A DNA stretch of 60,692 bases from assembly GCA_037441775.1 (NCBI GenBank), contig JBBIRO010000013.1, positions 1-60,692 on the forward strand, given 5' to 3'. This DNA comes from Syntrophobacterales bacterium. GTDB taxonomy: Bacteria > Desulfobacterota > Syntrophia > Syntrophales > CAMTWB01. Below the pieces are notes generated by a model. It was not told where the DNA came from, made no database searches, and was given only the letters and a program-made list of their open reading frames with translations. Position 1 is the stretch's first letter, and every line of letters starts with the position of its first letter. This document shows positions 18,578 through 28,712 of the stretch, piece by piece. The position numbers and the translations under genes were made by a program.

Positions 18578-18613
18578 CTAATTTACTCCAGAAACAATGA
18601 GGGAGGCAGGAAC

Positions 18614-18859
18614 ATGATAGAAAAGGTGCGAGCGGCGCTGGAGAAGGTCAGGCCTAATCTGCAGGCTGATGGCGGAGATGTGGAGCTGGTTGATATCACC
18701 GAGGAGGGTTTGGTGAGGGTGAAGCTGCTGGGCGCCTGTCACGGCTGCCCGATGTCCCAGATGACGCTTAAGATGGGGATTGAAAAGTATTTACAAAAAG
18801 AGATTCCTGAAGTAAAGGGCGTTGTGTCCGTTCGTGACGGGGATCAGACGGTAAAGTAA
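18614..18859 (+). CDS. NifU C-terminal-domain-like Fe-S cluster protein
   Basis: 81 aa with 'LQADGGDVELVDI...VRVKLLGACHGCPMSQMTLK', the Nfu/NifU CxxC motif. Confidence 0.8.
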   Translation: MIEKVRAALEKVRPNLQADGGDVELVDITEEGLVRVKLLGACHGCPMSQMTLKMGIEKYLQKEIPEVKGVVSVRDGDQTVK

Positions 18860-18931
18860 TAATTGCGAAAGGCAAACAAGAGGCATTTTCTGTGGTGGTT
18901 TGATGAAAAGTTAGCGAGGCTTAAGCACCTG

Positions 18932-18947
18932 GACTTTTTACGAAGTC
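18932..18947 (+). repeat. copy of the dispersed motif (GACTTTTTACGAAGTC, best copy)
   Basis: It lies 28 nt upstream of the ferredoxin ATG. GACTT/AAGTC can form a 5-bp stem with loop TTTACG. Confidence 0.55.
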
Positions 18948-18975
18948 GTCAACATTAATTGGGAGGAGAAACGAA

Positions 18976-19149
18976 ATGGCATATGTGATTACAGATGAGT
19001 GTATCGCCTGTGGAGCTTGCGAAAGCGAATGTCCAGTGGAAGCGATCAGCGAGGGTGAAGAGAAGTATCTTATCGATTCCAAGCTCTGCACTGACTGTGG
19101 TGATTGCGCCGCGCAATGCCCGGTAGAGGCGATAGTTCCGGGCGAATAA
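18976..19149 (+). CDS. 2x[4Fe-4S] ferredoxin (57 aa, absent from the ORF track)
   Basis: My translation is MAYVITDECIACGACESECPVEAISEGEEKYLIDSKLCTDCGDCAAQCPVEAIVPGE*. It has two CxxCxxCxxxCP motifs. A GGGAGGAG RBS lies 7 nt upstream. Confidence 0.85.
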   Translation: MAYVITDECIACGACESECPVEAISEGEEKYLIDSKLCTDCGDCAAQCPVEAIVPGE

Positions 19150-19175
19150 GTGTCCAAGTGAAATAAACTTGAGGG

Positions 19176-19217
19176 GAGGCGCAAGCAGTAGCGAATGCAG
19201 GCGCCTCTTCGATTTTT
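19176..19217 (+). terminator. rho-independent terminator after the ferredoxin gene
   Basis: GAGGCGC (19176..19182) pairs with GCGCCTC (19201..19207), followed by TTCGATTTTT. Confidence 0.55.
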
Positions 19218-19234
19218 AGCTGCTAAGCGGGGAG

Positions 19235-19888
19235 TTGTATTTGTTGCCGGATCGGGGCCGTTTCATTACTTTCGAGGGTGGAGAAGGATGCGGTAAGACC
19301 ACCCAGGTTGCTCTGGCCAAAGCATTTCTGGTTGCCTTGGGAATATCTCACCTGGTTACTGCCGAGCCGGGAGGGACGGTTCTGGGTGAAACCATCCGCC
19401 GAATGATCCTGCACGAAGCTGACCTGAACTTAAGTTCTGAATCCGAGCTGCTCCTCTTTTCCGCCGCCCGGGCTCAGCATGTGCGACAGGTGATCATGCC
19501 TAATCTCCAGGCGGGGCGCTGGGTTCTCTGTGATCGTTTTTGTGATGCCACAATCGCCTATCAGGGATACGGCCGGGGGCTCAAGTTAGATTTGATTTAT
19601 CGCTTGAACCGGTTTGCATCGCTTGATCTGGAACCTGATCTAACGATTTTATTCGATATTCCCGTGGAAACCGGACTCAACCGGGCGCGTATGAAAACCG
19701 CCTCCTTTACCGGCCACCCGGAAGGAGATCTGATTGAGGGCGAAGACTGGGACTTCCACCGGCGGGTAAGGGATGGCTACCTTGAGCTGGCTCAAAGGGA
19801 GCCGGAAAGATTCCGGGTTATCGACGGCATGAAGGATATCGAAACTATTCATTTCCAGGTATGCGCCTGTCTTGAGCTTTTGAGATAA
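19235..19888 (+). CDS. tmk: thymidylate kinase
   Basis: 217 aa with P-loop 'FEGGEGCGKTT' and 'DRF..ATIAYQGYGRGL'. It has a TTG start, and 19241 or 19244 are equally possible. Confidence 0.9.
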   Translation: MYLLPDRGRFITFEGGEGCGKTTQVALAKAFLVALGISHLVTAEPGGTVLGETIRRMILHEADLNLSSESELLLFSAARAQHVRQVIMPNLQAGRWVLCDRFCDATIAYQGYGRGLKLDLIYRLNRFASLDLEPDLTILFDIPVETGLNRARMKTASFTGHPEGDLIEGEDWDFHRRVRDGYLELAQREPERFRVIDGMKDIETIHFQVCACLELLR

Positions 19889-19924
19889 CAACTCCTTTGA
19901 CAGAATCCAGAAAAACAAAAGACT

Positions 19925-20899
19925 ATGCCTTTTTCCGATATTTATGGACACGAAAAGCAAGTCATGATCCTGCGGCAGTTCCTGGCGGCGGGGCGAATAC
20001 CGCATGCCTTGCTGCTTCATGGAATACCTGGGACAGGCAAGCTGAAAGTGGCGATAACGCTGGCGCAGGCGCTTAATTGTTTGGATGAAACGATACATGA
20101 CGATGCCTGCGGCCAATGTATCGCCTGCCGAAAAATCGAACGGGGGAATCATCCGGACCTTTTTTTCGTCAAGCCGGAGGGGCAATTCATTCGGATTGCG
20201 AAGATCAGGGAAATTCAGGAAAAAATGCTCTTCAAACCAATGGAGGCCAGGGTCCAAATGTTTATCATGACCGACGCGGACCGGATGAATAGCGAGGCCG
20301 CCAACGCCCTCTTAAAAACCCTGGAAGAACCTTTATCAAAGAACATAATTATTCTAACGACCGCCCGGCTCTATCAATTGCCGCTGACTATTGTCTCCCG
20401 CTGCCAGCAGCTCAGATTCAATCCCCTGCCGAAGGACCGGGTGACGGCATATCTGGTTAAGGTAAGGGGCCTGGCTGTGGATCTGGCCGAAGAGATAGCC
20501 CTGCTTTCCGGCGGCAGTATCGGCAAGGCCGAAAAAATGCAGAGCCAAAGCGAAAAAAGCAAGCAGGAGGAATTGCTGGCCCTGTTCTTAAAAAAACCAT
20601 CTGCCGCCAGGCTGGGAAGCTTTACGGAGCGCTTCGGCCAGGAAAAGGAGGAAATAGTTGACAACCTCCTGTTCTGGAAATCACTGCTTAGGGATGTGCT
20701 GGTTTATAAGACAAGTCATGCCGACGATCTCCTGATTAATGCCTTCGGTCGAGAGGCAATCTCTTGCTATGCCGGTCGAACCGAAGAAAAGACAATTTTG
20801 AAACAGATCGATTTACTGGATAAAACAATTTGGGCAATTGAGCACAACGCCAACAAACAATTGACTTTAGATACATTGCTGATTAAAATCATGGGGTGA
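19925..20899 (+). CDS. holB: DNA polymerase III delta' subunit
   Basis: 324 aa with 'HALLLHGIPGTGK', a zinc module 'CGQCIACRK' and 'NALLKTLEEP'. Confidence 0.85.
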   Translation: MPFSDIYGHEKQVMILRQFLAAGRIPHALLLHGIPGTGKLKVAITLAQALNCLDETIHDDACGQCIACRKIERGNHPDLFFVKPEGQFIRIAKIREIQEKMLFKPMEARVQMFIMTDADRMNSEAANALLKTLEEPLSKNIIILTTARLYQLPLTIVSRCQQLRFNPLPKDRVTAYLVKVRGLAVDLAEEIALLSGGSIGKAEKMQSQSEKSKQEELLALFLKKPSAARLGSFTERFGQEKEEIVDNLLFWKSLLRDVLVYKTSHADDLLINAFGREAISCYAGRTEEKTILKQIDLLDKTIWAIEHNANKQLTLDTLLIKIMG

Positions 20900-21843
20900 C
20901 AACGGACATTTTACCAGTCTTTAGGGACAAGGGCCGGAGTGGGGTGGCGCAAAACATGGAAAACGAAAACATTAACGGATTGGCGGCGGAACCTGTTCAT
21001 CAAAAGGAAATTTATCCGTCGCCGGATGTTGCGCCGGGAAACCTGATTGGGATAAAATTTCGGCGGGAAGGGAAGACCTACACCTTTCTCTCGGCCGGAT
21101 TGGAAGTAAAAATTGATGACCTGGTTCTGGTGGACACGGATAATGGCCCTTCCGTGGGCCGGGTGGTAACCGATAGCTTCAGTCTGCGCCCGGAAAACGC
21201 GCCTCCCAATCTCAAGGCAGTATTAAGAATCGCCTCGGATGAAGACTTAAAAATAATTGCAACCAACAAGAAAATGCAGCAGGAGGCCGGATTATTTTTT
21301 AAGGAGCGGGTGCGCCAGCGGCGGCTGGCGATGAAGCTGGTCGAGGTGGAATATATATTCGACCGAAGCAAAGTGATTTTTTATTTTTCATCGGACAGCA
21401 GGGTTGATTTCCGGGAACTGGTGAAGGACCTGGTTCAAAAGTACCGGACGAAAATAGAGCTCAGGCAGGTGGGCGCCCGTCAGGAAGCCCGGATTACCAG
21501 GGGTATGGGGATTTGCGGACGCGAGATCTGCTGCATAGCGATGCAGCGCCAGAACGAGCGGGTTTCGATAAAAATGGCCAAGGAACAGAACATGTCGCTG
21601 AACCCGGAAAAGATATCCGGAATTTGCGGCCGACTGATGTGCTGCCTGGCCTATGAATACGATACCTATTGCGATTTAAAAAAAGACATACCCAAATGTA
21701 ACAAAATGATTGATACTCCCCATGGCCGCGGCAAAATAATCCGACAAAATGTCCTCCTGGGAGAGGCGGTAATCCAGCTCGAAGACGGCAAAGAGATTAC
21801 CATGCACTTCAAGGAACTGGGGACCCGGCAAGTATGCCCGTGA
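20896..21843 (+). CDS. PSP1 domain protein (YaaT/RicT-like)
   Basis: 315 aa with the Cys-rich PSP1 C-terminal region 'GICGREICC...CGRLMCCLAYEYD'. It follows holB as in many genomes. An alternative start is ATG 20956. Confidence 0.8.
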   Translation: MTTDILPVFRDKGRSGVAQNMENENINGLAAEPVHQKEIYPSPDVAPGNLIGIKFRREGKTYTFLSAGLEVKIDDLVLVDTDNGPSVGRVVTDSFSLRPENAPPNLKAVLRIASDEDLKIIATNKKMQQEAGLFFKERVRQRRLAMKLVEVEYIFDRSKVIFYFSSDSRVDFRELVKDLVQKYRTKIELRQVGARQEARITRGMGICGREICCIAMQRQNERVSIKMAKEQNMSLNPEKISGICGRLMCCLAYEYDTYCDLKKDIPKCNKMIDTPHGRGKIIRQNVLLGEAVIQLEDGKEITMHFKELGTRQVCP

Positions 21844-23783
21844 CTGCCAAGCAAGATATGAAGGATTGTACACATAAGATGGATAAGGCTTATTATATTA
21901 CCACCCCGATTTACTATGTGAACGCAGCACCCCATCTGGGACATGCATATACTACAATTGTTGCCGATGTTCTGGCCCGTTACCACCGCCTCCGGGGATT
22001 GCGCACCTTTTTTTCCACCGGCACGGATGAGCATGGCGATAAAATTGCGGCAGCAGCGGCCAAGGCCGGCATCGAGCCGCTCGCGTATGCCGATGCCGTA
22101 AGCTCCCAGTTCCGGCAGCTCTGGCCCAGGCTCGACGTTACCAACGACTGCTTCATCCGAACCACAGATGAGCATCATGTCCAAACGGTCCGGCAGATCC
22201 TCCAGCAGGTGTATGACGCGGGTGACATTTATTTTGGCAGCTATGAGGGATACTACTGCGTTGGGTGTGAGCGGTTTTACATGGAGAAGGAGCTTGTTGA
22301 CGGCGTCTGTCCCGATCACCAGCAGCCGCCGGAATACCGCAAGGAAAGCAATTATTTTTTCCGGATGAGCAGGTACCAGGATTGGCTTATCGCTCACATC
22401 AGAGACAATCCCGAATTCATCAGACCAGAAAGGTATCGCAACGAGGTGCTCGCTTTCCTGCGCGAGCCACTGGAAGATCTCTGTATCTCCCGGCCGAAGA
22501 CCCGTCTGTCCTGGGGGATAACCCTGCCCTTTGACGATGCCTACGTAACCTATGTCTGGTTTGACGCGCTTATCAACTATCTGACGGTTTTAGAATATCC
22601 CTGTGGGGAGAAATTCAGGGACTATTGGCCGGTGGCCGAGCATCTGATCGCCAAAGATATTCTCAAGCCCCACGGCATCTACTGGCCCACCATGCTCAAA
22701 GCAGCCGGCGTTCGACCCTATCGGCGTCTAAACGTCCACGGTTACTGGAACATCGATCAAAGCAAGATGTCCAAGGCGGTAGGCAACATCGTCAAACCCC
22801 TGGACCTGAAGGATAAATACGGTCTCGACTCCTTCCGTTATTTTCTGCTTAGAGACATGGTATTTGGCCTGGATTCGAGTTTTTCCGAGGAGGCTCTGGT
22901 GCAGCGGATAAATTCGGATCTGGCCAATGATTTAGGAAATTTGGTTAGCAGATCCACAACGATGGCTCAGCGCTATTGTGACGGAAAGGTGCCCCCAAAA
23001 CCAGTGTCAGCTACTCTGGATGATGAATTGCCGCGGCAGGCAGAACTGATGAATGGCCAATATGAAGCCGCTTTTGAGGAGATGGCTCTGCACAAGGCAT
23101 TGATGGCAATCTGGGACTTTGTGGGCCATACTAATAAGTATATCGTTTCCAGTGAGCCCTGGGTTTTGGCAAAGGATCCGCTCCGGCGGGAACTTTTGGA
23201 GGGGGTGATTTATAATATCTTGGAGGCTCTGCGGTTGATTGCCGTCCTGCTTTCACCCTTCATGCCCGAATCGTCCGCTAAAATACTTAAGCAGTTGGGA
23301 TTGGGGGTGACTGAAATCTCCGATTACGAAGCAACGAAAAGGTGGGGCGGGCTGCCTGCCGGCGGGGAGATCAATATTGCCCCGGCCCTTTTCCCCCGGA
23401 TTGCGGCAGCAAAAGGTGAGGCAGAGTCAGCGGACAATAAAACGCCGCCTGAGCCGGTCAAGGAAGAGATCAGCTACGAAGAATTTTTACGGCTCGACCT
23501 CCGGGCGGCAAAAATCTTAACAGCGACAGCGGTACCCAAATCAAAGAAACTGGTTCGGCTGGAGGTTGATTTCGGGGAAATCAGGACCATTGTTGCTGGT
23601 ATAGGGGCCGACTATTCACCGCAGGAATTGGTAGGGAAAAATATCGTCCTTCTGGCAAACTTAAAGCCGGTGCAACTGATGGGCATTGAGTCGCGCGGGA
23701 TGCTTCTGGCCGTGGAGGGCGAGGAAAAACTCTCCCTGCTTTCTTTCGAGAGGCCACCTAAGATTGGGGCAAAAATAAAATAG
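21834..23783 (+). CDS. metG: methionine--tRNA ligase with C-terminal tRNA-binding domain
   Basis: 'TPIYYVNAAPHLGHAY' (HIGH), zinc knuckles 'CVGCERF...CPDH', 'SKMSKAVGN' (KMSKS), and a C-terminal Trbp111-like 'LDLRAAKILTA...LVRLEVDFG'. The true start may be ATG 21879. Confidence 0.95.
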   Translation: MPVTAKQDMKDCTHKMDKAYYITTPIYYVNAAPHLGHAYTTIVADVLARYHRLRGLRTFFSTGTDEHGDKIAAAAAKAGIEPLAYADAVSSQFRQLWPRLDVTNDCFIRTTDEHHVQTVRQILQQVYDAGDIYFGSYEGYYCVGCERFYMEKELVDGVCPDHQQPPEYRKESNYFFRMSRYQDWLIAHIRDNPEFIRPERYRNEVLAFLREPLEDLCISRPKTRLSWGITLPFDDAYVTYVWFDALINYLTVLEYPCGEKFRDYWPVAEHLIAKDILKPHGIYWPTMLKAAGVRPYRRLNVHGYWNIDQSKMSKAVGNIVKPLDLKDKYGLDSFRYFLLRDMVFGLDSSFSEEALVQRINSDLANDLGNLVSRSTTMAQRYCDGKVPPKPVSATLDDELPRQAELMNGQYEAAFEEMALHKALMAIWDFVGHTNKYIVSSEPWVLAKDPLRRELLEGVIYNILEALRLIAVLLSPFMPESSAKILKQLGLGVTEISDYEATKRWGGLPAGGEINIAPALFPRIAAAKGEAESADNKTPPEPVKEEISYEEFLRLDLRAAKILTATAVPKSKKLVRLEVDFGEIRTIVAGIGADYSPQELVGKNIVLLANLKPVQLMGIESRGMLLAVEGEEKLSLLSFERPPKIGAKIK

Positions 23784-23823
23784 CGGTCGCGGCAAGGTGC
23801 GTTACAGCGGACGCCTGAGGCGC

Positions 23824-25149
23824 TTACCCTCCCCATTCTTCGGCCACCTTGTTGACGGCATAGAGTATCTGCTCAATATCTTCATCGCTGTGCGCCAAAG
23901 AGAGCGCCCCGCCGCCGTATTTCGTATAAACGCCATGATTGAGCAGGGAAAGACGGTAGCGCTTGTCCCGGGCAGCGATATCCGTTTTTAAGTCCACATC
24001 TTCGATATTCTTTAAAATCGCATCGTCGGATTGCGGAAAACAGGTGTTGAACAGAGAGCCGACGCCGAAGCACTTGACCGGTATATTCCGGCACCGGAAG
24101 GCCTTCTCGATTCCGGCGCGCACTCGCCGCCCCTTTTCTGCGAGCGCGGGATAAATTTCCGCCTCGTTTACCTCCAGAAAATTGAGCATGGCCCGACCGG
24201 CGATCATCGCGGGAATGAGGCCGGAGAAGGTGCCGCCGCCGATCAGCACTCCCTGTCCTTTGGACTTGTCACGGGATGGGTTGGCCAGATCCATGATATC
24301 TTTTCTGCCGGCCACTATCCCCAGCGGCAACCCACCTCCCAGCACCTTTCCCATGGTGATGAGATCTGCCCGCAGTCCAAACAGGCCCTGGGCGCCGGTC
24401 AAGCCGAGTCGAAATCCGGTAATAACCTCGTCCAGAATGAAAACAGCGCCGGCCTTCCGGGTTTCTTCCTGAATTGCTTCTAAAAAACCGGACTCCGGCG
24501 GGATGAAATACTGGCCCACCGCCTCGATGATCACCGCGGCCAGGTTTGCCCCCTGACGTCTTATCTCATCAATGGCCTGAGCGGAATCATTGAAGGAAAT
24601 TGTTTTGCTGTAGTCTGATATGCCGGGAGGCAAGCCGGAGCTTGACGCGACATCCATCGGTGAACGCACGGCGAACAGGAGATCGGTGGAAGCTCCGTGC
24701 CATCCACCCCGCACCTTGATAATAACCGGACGTCCGGTATAGGCCCTGGCTAACCTGACCGCGTACATGGTCGCTTCTGTCCCGGAGACGCCGAATCTCA
24801 TCTGCTCGGCGCCCGGCACGATGCGGCAGATATCTTCGGCAAATTGCACTTGCAGTTCGTTGACAATCCCCCAATGGGTGCCATTGGTGAGTCCTTTTTT
24901 CAGCGCCTCAACAATAAATTCGGGCTGATAACCTGATATGTGGGCGTAGTGCCCCATCCATAGATCGATATATTCGTTGCCGTCCACATCCTGAATTTTT
25001 GAGCCGCGGGCGGACTTGATGTAAAGGGGATAGGGTTCGAAAAATCTGGGGTTATGGGAGATGCCGCCGGGCATAACCTGTAATGCCCGTTCAAATAATT
25101 TGGCTGAACCAGGGGTTTTGGCCTGGTAATTTTTCAAATATTGTTCCAT
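23824..25149 (-). CDS. class-III PLP aminotransferase, glutamate-1-semialdehyde aminomutase-like
   Basis: 441 aa with 'VSGTEATMYAVRLAR', 'FILDEVITGFR' and 'GKVLGGGLP' (PLP Lys region). The N-terminus differs from canonical HemL. Confidence 0.75.
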   Translation of the reverse strand: MEQYLKNYQAKTPGSAKLFERALQVMPGGISHNPRFFEPYPLYIKSARGSKIQDVDGNEYIDLWMGHYAHISGYQPEFIVEALKKGLTNGTHWGIVNELQVQFAEDICRIVPGAEQMRFGVSGTEATMYAVRLARAYTGRPVIIKVRGGWHGASTDLLFAVRSPMDVASSSGLPPGISDYSKTISFNDSAQAIDEIRRQGANLAAVIIEAVGQYFIPPESGFLEAIQEETRKAGAVFILDEVITGFRLGLTGAQGLFGLRADLITMGKVLGGGLPLGIVAGRKDIMDLANPSRDKSKGQGVLIGGGTFSGLIPAMIAGRAMLNFLEVNEAEIYPALAEKGRRVRAGIEKAFRCRNIPVKCFGVGSLFNTCFPQSDDAILKNIEDVDLKTDIAARDKRYRLSLLNHGVYTKYGGGALSLAHSDEDIEQILYAVNKVAEEWGG

Positions 25150-25339
25150 TGGCGCCTCGTGGTCACTTATATTGATGAAAATCGCCGATTGCGGCGCTTA
25201 TAGGTGAAGAAGCGTTATATTGTCAATAAGATTATGAATGACGACCTCGTAAAAACCCCAGAAGAATTATGTGTTGACCCCTGAAGAAAGCTGGTGTATT
25301 CACTATCCGCGACAGACTGCCGGAGCGCGGGCGCATCCC

Positions 25340-25355
25340 GACTTTTTACGAATTC
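25340..25355 (+). repeat. copy of the dispersed motif (GACTTTTTACGAATTC)
   Basis: It lies 42 nt upstream of the panB ATG and is preceded by the GCGCGGGCGC palindrome. Confidence 0.5.
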
Positions 25356-25397
25356 CCCAATTATTGGTCGAGCATTTTTACTAAGGAGAGCAAAAAC

Positions 25398-26249
25398 ATG
25401 ACCACCCCAACCAAAGTAACCATTCCATACCTGAGGGAAAAGAAGACCGCGGGTGTGCCGATTGTAATGATAACCGGATATGATTTCCCCATCGCCGCAA
25501 TTGAAAATGAGGTCGGCATCGATATCATTCTCTGCGGCGACTCGCTCGCCATGACCGTATATGGCTTCAGCGGCACCACCCCGGTGACGATGGATATCAT
25601 GATTCCGCATGCCGCCGCGGTAAAGCGGGCCGCCCCCCAGAGCTTCGTCATCGGGGATATGCCATTTATGTCCTATCAGATATCTAATGAACTGGCCGTA
25701 GCCAACGCCGGACGTTTCATCCAGGAGGCCGGAGTGGACGGGGTGAAACTGGAAGGCGGCGTAGAAATGGCCGGACGGATCGCCGCCATCAGCCAGGCCG
25801 GTATTCCCGTCATGGGCCATCTGGGCCTGACTCCCCAATCGGTATCGGCGCTGGGAGGTTTTAAGGCCCAGGGGAGAAATGTTGAGAGCGCGCTTAAACT
25901 TATAAATGATGCCAAAATCCTGGAGGAAGCGGGCGCATTTAGCATTCTGCTCGAAGCCATCCCGACCCCGGTCGCCCGGATTATCACTAAACGCGCCGGC
26001 ATTCCGATCATCGGCATCGGTGCGGGCCCCGATACCGACGGCCAGGTTCTGATTGCTCACGACATCCTCGGGTTTTTCCAGGGGCACAAGGCTAAGTTTG
26101 TCAAGGAATACTGCAATCTCAACGATATTATCCGGACGGCTTTGTTAAGTTATAAAAAAGACGTTCTGGAAGGCGTTTACCCGGAAGAAAAACATTGCTA
26201 TCCGATTGATGCGGATACACTAGCCGCAATCGAAGAAAAGTTGCGATAG
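25398..26249 (+). CDS. panB: 3-methyl-2-oxobutanoate hydroxymethyltransferase
   Basis: 283 aa with 'ITGYDFPIA', 'ILCGDSLAMTVYG', 'DMPFMSY', 'VKLEGG' and 'GHLGLTPQS'. Confidence 0.95.
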   Translation: MTTPTKVTIPYLREKKTAGVPIVMITGYDFPIAAIENEVGIDIILCGDSLAMTVYGFSGTTPVTMDIMIPHAAAVKRAAPQSFVIGDMPFMSYQISNELAVANAGRFIQEAGVDGVKLEGGVEMAGRIAAISQAGIPVMGHLGLTPQSVSALGGFKAQGRNVESALKLINDAKILEEAGAFSILLEAIPTPVARIITKRAGIPIIGIGAGPDTDGQVLIAHDILGFFQGHKAKFVKEYCNLNDIIRTALLSYKKDVLEGVYPEEKHCYPIDADTLAAIEEKLR

Positions 26250-26267
26250 CCAAAGAGGTTTACAACT

Positions 26268-27572
26268 GTGGAAATAAAAAAATTTCACCTGAAATACGGG
26301 AAGGGCGAAGTGGAATTTGAAATACCGGCCTCCCGGTTCTATTACGAAGTCCTGGGCAGGGAATATCCCGCTATTGCCGACGTTTCCCAGGCGGTACGGG
26401 ATGCTTTGAATCACCCGATAGATGCGCCGCCGCTTAAGGAAATTTTGAAACCATCCGATCGGGTGGTAATCTCCGTAAGCGATATTACCAGGATTTGGCA
26501 GCGGATGGATCTCGTCCTGCCGCAGCTTATCGCGACTGTCAATGCCGCCGGGGTGCCCGACGAAAACATCACCATTATCGTTGCCGTAGGAGGTCATCGT
26601 CACAACACGCCGGAAGAAATCTGCCAAATCTGCGGCCGGGATCTAGCGGAGCGGATCAAGGTCGTCAATCACGATGCCTATGATTCTGAAAACATGGTTT
26701 ACCTTGGGAAAACCAGTCGCGGCACCGAAGTTGCCGTCAATCGGATCGCCGCCGAGGCCGACCGGCTGATCCTTACCGGCGGCATCATTTACCATTATAT
26801 GGTTGGCTATGGCGGCGGCAGAAAAAGCGTCCTGCCGGGAATAGCCTCAATTAAGACCATCCAGCAGAATCATCTTTGGGCGCTGGGACCGACGTTGGGT
26901 TCCGGGGCCAACCCCAATTCCCAGTCCGGCAAAACCCGCGGCAGCGAATGCCACGAAGACATGATGGAGATCACCGCTTTCGTCCAGCCGGACTTTATCC
27001 TGAATGTCGTTCCCAATCCCCAGGGGGAGTTTGCCGGAGTATTCGCGGGCAATTGGGTTTCCGCTTGGCAGGAGGGAACGAAGCTGGTGGACCATATTTA
27101 TGCTGTTCCAACCCCCGGCCGGGCCGATATCGTAATTGCCTCGGCGGGAGGATTTCCCAAGGATATCAACCTATACCAGACTGGTAAGACTTTCGACAAC
27201 GCCTACTGGGCGGTGAAAGAAGGGGGAGCCGTCATCATTGTCAGCGAGTGCCCGGACATTCTCGAACCGCTGGAATTTTCCCAGTGGTTCGAGTATTCAT
27301 CACTGCTCGAAATAGAAAGGGCGCTTCGTGACAACTTCACTATTCCCGGCTGGGTGGCGTGGAAGGCTTTGGAATGCACCGAGCGGGCGGCCTGTATCAT
27401 GATGACCAGGCCGGAAAATGCCGATTTTTTAAAAAAAGCAAATATCATGGCTACTGCGAGCATGGATGAGGCGCTGGCAATGGCATATCGGCTATGCGGG
27501 AAGAAGGAGCCCACGATAACCGTCATGCCCCAATGCGCCAATACTCTACCGATATTGAGCCAGGTGTCGTGA
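26268..27572 (+). CDS. LarA-family nickel-pincer-dependent 2-hydroxyacid racemase/epimerase homologue
   Basis: 434 aa with a GTG start. It has 'VISVSDITRIW', 'AVGGHRHNTPEE', 'IYHYMVGYGGGRKSVLPG' and 'QQNH'. These align by eye with the LarA SDxTR, catalytic His, NPN-tethering Lys and Ni-binding His. Confidence 0.75.
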   Translation: MEIKKFHLKYGKGEVEFEIPASRFYYEVLGREYPAIADVSQAVRDALNHPIDAPPLKEILKPSDRVVISVSDITRIWQRMDLVLPQLIATVNAAGVPDENITIIVAVGGHRHNTPEEICQICGRDLAERIKVVNHDAYDSENMVYLGKTSRGTEVAVNRIAAEADRLILTGGIIYHYMVGYGGGRKSVLPGIASIKTIQQNHLWALGPTLGSGANPNSQSGKTRGSECHEDMMEITAFVQPDFILNVVPNPQGEFAGVFAGNWVSAWQEGTKLVDHIYAVPTPGRADIVIASAGGFPKDINLYQTGKTFDNAYWAVKEGGAVIIVSECPDILEPLEFSQWFEYSSLLEIERALRDNFTIPGWVAWKALECTERAACIMMTRPENADFLKKANIMATASMDEALAMAYRLCGKKEPTITVMPQCANTLPILSQVS

Positions 27573-27608
27573 CAGTCAATCCCGGCGCCGAAATTAAAAA
27601 GGAGGAAA

Positions 27609-28607
27609 ATGATGAAAAGGTATTTTGCAATTTTTGTTTTTGCAGCTGTGGCCGCCCTGCTTTCTATCGGCCTGACCCAGCCTCAAGAGGCCCTGGCCCA
27701 GGGTAAGATGGTTCTTAAGGCCGGCAGTTCAACCGCGGAGACGCATCCCTACAATCTGGGGCTCAAAAGGTTTAAGGAACTGGTGGAAAAAGAAACCGGC
27801 GGCAGAATAGAAATCCAGATATTCCATAGCAGCGCCCTGGGAGCGGAGAGGGAACTGGCGGAGGGGATGCAGATCGGCAGCGTCGATGTGGTTATTTCTT
27901 CCACCGGTCCCCTGGGGGGCTTCGTTCCCCGGATGAACGTCGTGGATCTGCCCTTTTTGTTTCGCGATAAGGCCCACGCCTATAAGGTTCTGGACGGCCC
28001 CATCGGCGCCTCTCTTCTGACTGAACTGGAGAAACGAAACATTATCGGGCTTGCCTTCTGGGAAAACGGCTTTCGTCATGTGACCAACGCTCGAAGGGAA
28101 ATCAAGACCCCGGCCGATTTGAAAGGGCTGAAGCTGCGCACCATGGAAAACCGGGTGCATATGGCTGCCTTCCGCCAGCTTGAGTCCTCGCCCACGCCGA
28201 TGGCCTTCTCCGAGGTCTTTACGGCGCTGCAGACCAGAACTCTCGATGGCCAGGAAAATCCGATACCGGTCATCTTCACCTCGCGTTTTTACGAGGTCCA
28301 GAAATTTCTGTCGCTGACCGGACATGTCTACTCGCCGGCTCCGCTGATGGTCAGCAAACACACCTGGGACCGGCTTACGGAAGAGCAAAAAACGATCTTT
28401 AGAAAGGCGGCGCTTGAGGCCCGTGATTATGAAAGGGATCTGATAACCAGGCAGGAAAACGAACAGGTGGATAAATTGAAGGCCGCCGGAATGACCGTGA
28501 CGCAGGTTGACAAATCGCTTTTCCAGCGGGCAACCCTGCCGGTTTACGCCCAATTTGAGGCGGAATTCGGCAAGGACTTAATAGAGCGCATCGTTAACAC
28601 CAAATAA
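27609..28607 (+). CDS. TRAP transporter substrate-binding protein (DctP family)
   Basis: 332 aa with a signal peptide ending 'EALAQG'. DctP-type 'LRTMENRVHMAAFRQLESSPTPMAFSEVFTALQTRTLDGQENP' is present. Confidence 0.9.
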   Translation: MMKRYFAIFVFAAVAALLSIGLTQPQEALAQGKMVLKAGSSTAETHPYNLGLKRFKELVEKETGGRIEIQIFHSSALGAERELAEGMQIGSVDVVISSTGPLGGFVPRMNVVDLPFLFRDKAHAYKVLDGPIGASLLTELEKRNIIGLAFWENGFRHVTNARREIKTPADLKGLKLRTMENRVHMAAFRQLESSPTPMAFSEVFTALQTRTLDGQENPIPVIFTSRFYEVQKFLSLTGHVYSPAPLMVSKHTWDRLTEEQKTIFRKAALEARDYERDLITRQENEQVDKLKAAGMTVTQVDKSLFQRATLPVYAQFEAEFGKDLIERIVNTK

Positions 28608-28633
28608 AACCAAAGTCCGCTGCGCCATTTTAG

Positions 28634-28666
28634 CCTGTCCCTCCGGCAAGGAGGGACAGGTGTTTC
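28634..28666 (+). terminator. perfect 11-bp hairpin between the TRAP binding-protein and permease genes (attenuator/stabiliser)
   Basis: CCTGTCCCTCC (28634..28644), loop GGCAA, GGAGGGACAGG (28650..28660), then TGTTTC. Confidence 0.5.
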
Positions 28667-28712
28667 ATCGTCGGCAGAGCTGAAGCAGGAGGGCCTTATC
28701 GTACTTAAATAT

